Part shown: positions 61,728 through 64,000 of the stretch, one piece after another
How positions within the stretch are numbered: the first letter of the stretch is position 1
Layout of the letters: the number at the start of each line of letters is the position of its first letter
Assembly: GCF_001194135.2 (NCBI RefSeq)
Contig: NC_068987.1
Span: 75,781,977-75,845,976, forward strand
Reading direction: 5' to 3'
Length of the DNA stretch: 64,000 nucleotides
DNA from: Octopus bimaculoides
Taxonomy: Eukaryota
Notes under the pieces: generated by a model
What the model saw: the letters and a program-made list of their open reading frames with translations, nothing else
The model's database searches: none
Told to the model about the DNA's origin: nothing
Program-made: the position numbers and the translations under genes

Positions 61728-62033
61728 GAGGCGCAACGGCCCAGTGGTTAGGCCAGCGGACTCACGGTCGGAGGATCGCGGTTTCGATTCCCAGACCGGA
61801 CGTTGTGTGTATTTATTGAGCGAAAACACCTAAAGCTCCACAAGGCTCTGGCTAGGAGTAGTGGCGACCCCTGTTGTACTCTTTCTCCCCAACTTTCTCT
61901 CACTCTTTCTTCCTGTTTCTTGAGTAACGCTGCGATGGACTGGTGTCCCGACCAGCTGGGGGGGGGGGACGCATACGCCATAGAAACCGGGAAACCGGGC
62001 CCATTAGCCTGGCTAGGCTTTAAAAGGGCGCAT
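61728..62033 (+). mobile_element. tRNA-head SINE with V-domain-like 3' module
   Basis: A-box ggcccagtggttagg, B-box ggtttcgattccc, then ctgcgatggactggtgtcccgaccag resembling the V-SINE central domain (tgcgatggactggcgacctgtccag). Confidence 0.85.
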
Positions 62034-62186
62034 AAAATAATATATATTTATATTTATATTTATATTTTGTGTGTGTGTAAATATGTATTTATACACAATC
62101 ACGCAGACGCATATACGCACACAGACATGCATACAAAAACACTCTCACAAACTCACACATATCTATCTATCTATCAATATATATAT

Positions 62187-62250
<64 letters not shown>

Positions 62251-62260
62251 NNNNNNNNNN

Positions 62261-62327
<67 letters not shown>

Positions 62328-62528
62328 TGCACGAAACAATCTAAAGAATAAGATGTCTGTTCATTGAACCTCAACCAATAAACTGCGAATTACGTTATCA
62401 TCTGTGAACACGGACTTCTACTGTTAATTTAAAGACCTGCGCTGATCACTACATTGGTGTATGTATATGTGTATTTCATGTGTGTATGAGAGTGTATTTG
62501 CTTGTGTGTGTGTGTGTGTGTGAGAGAG

Positions 62529-62580
<52 letters not shown>

Positions 62581-64000
62581 GGCATTGGAGTGGAAGATGA
62601 AAAGGAAGAGACAGACGGAGGTAAGATATATGTATTATGAAAATTTGAACAAAAATGTTAATATCTAGAACTTCGTATCTAGATATTTATTGGTGTATAG
62701 TAAGTATGAAAAGTGACAATATGTGTTTATTTCAGTCTCTGTCTATTATTTTATTCTTGTCGTCTCGTATACGATTCATTAACTCCAGCACACAACACAC
62801 ACAGATATGAGCATCTATGTGTGTATACATACGTGCTATGTATGTGGACGTATGTATGTATGTATGTATGTATGTATGTATGTTTGTGTGATATTGTATA
62901 TATATATGTATATATGATTATACTACTATAAAAATATAACATCTATGTATCTTTGCTCGTACATGTATAGCATAATATAATATTCATGCAAACAAAAATA
63001 TATATCTGTATTTTTATGTTTGTATATATTTATATATATATGTGTGTGTGTTTGTGTGTGTGTGTGTGTATGTATGTGTTTGTATATACCTGTGTGTGTA
63101 TGCGTTTTTATATACCTCTATGTATGTGTGTGTTAATGAGAGGTGGAGTATAAAAATAAATGGAAAAGTACTTGATATAGATATAACATCTATATTATAT
63201 TAAAATATAAAACGTCTTAAAGAATCTTAAAGAGTTTGTTTGAATTTCCGCTGCCGATTATTCAAACGATTGAAGAAAGAATGCATTGTCTGATTTACTT
63301 TTTGTTCCACTGTTTAATAAAACTTTTCGCTTAAGAAGTATACATACATTCGGTTACATCGCATTCTTAATACACTGGACGTTAAAAGATAATATCAACA
63401 AATATAAAAACGATTAATCCTTTATAGAACTCGCGTGTCCTTACATTAATATTCTTGAGAGCGCAATTTTACCTCTGAGAAAATTGTAATACCCTGTCAC
63501 AGAATTTTGCAATTTTGATCAAAAGATAGAAATTGGCGTATAATTACATACACTTCCATTTGCATTTACTCACCAATTTCTATGTGGCTAATGTCATGGA
63601 TTTGCCCCACTTAAATATTGTGATATATTGCAGCAAATGACAAATTTCATCACTCATCTACACGAGAATCACGTTACCAGTGGCTATTTCTCTTATGCGT
63701 TTTTACATGAAGCCGATAATATCATGTACTATAATATGAGAATAGATAAATATTACATATGGTCAGTGTTAGTCAGCTGAATAGATGGATGTGTGATGAA
63801 TTTCCTAACATTTATTTGAAAACATTTATATCTAGATGAGTAATCATAGATTCAGGGCTTTACGAATAGTTCTACTTAGTGTTAAGTTGTTTCTTTTTCG
63901 AAAGAGTTTGAACAATCGGCAACCTGACCCCCCCCCCCAAAAAAAAAATCCCAAAAGACAAACTTCTGATGTGTGTAGATGTGTGTGTGTGTGTGTGTGT

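Noticed and set aside
3185-62033. tRNA-like A/B boxes as tRNA genes; any CRISPR-like repeat-spacer array
   Set aside because: The boxes are SINE heads without a full cloverleaf. No regularly spaced repeat-spacer array was seen.
1159-62374. Many long ORFs containing X runs or YI/HT/CV/ER repeats
   Set aside because: Artefacts of N-gaps and microsatellites.
63568-63660. Minus-strand GTGAGT donor with a candidate exon
   Set aside because: All frames contain stops for either candidate acceptor.

Overview
AT-rich eukaryotic (animal) non-coding DNA from a gapped draft assembly. It has about 20 N-gaps, most of them abutting microsatellites. The repeat repertoire (tRNA-head SINE families, dense (TA)n/(CA)n/(TATG)n/(AAT)n arrays) looks like an Octopus/cephalopod genome; this is an inference from recalled repeat sequences, not a database hit. 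I could not support any host protein-coding exon. Nearly all ORFs in the track are microsatellite or gap artefacts. The recognisable protein-like pieces are all transposon remnants: Penelope-like RT and GIY-YIG, RLE-type LINEs, RTE LINEs, CR1/Jockey-group LINEs, a hAT transposase, a Tigger/pogo transposase and Tc1/mariner fragments. The most notable signal is a set of type I hammerhead-ribozyme motifs read directly from the sequence. Four are well-formed (1489-1528, 5288-5336, 60799-60888, 61365-61470) and five are degenerate. All have palindromic or near-palindromic stem III, and three well-spaced copies share a CCGA core variant. Three motifs sit inside long head-to-head inverted repeats (1756-2484; 60748-61005), pointing to non-autonomous Penelope-type ribozyme retroelements. 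Candidate promoter-like motif clusters (ETS, ACTACA, CCAAT, splice donors) occur near 10.6, 18.8 and 38.2-39.1 kb. Hammerhead-associated Penelope elements are a known class, and ribozyme activity and novelty here are untested.
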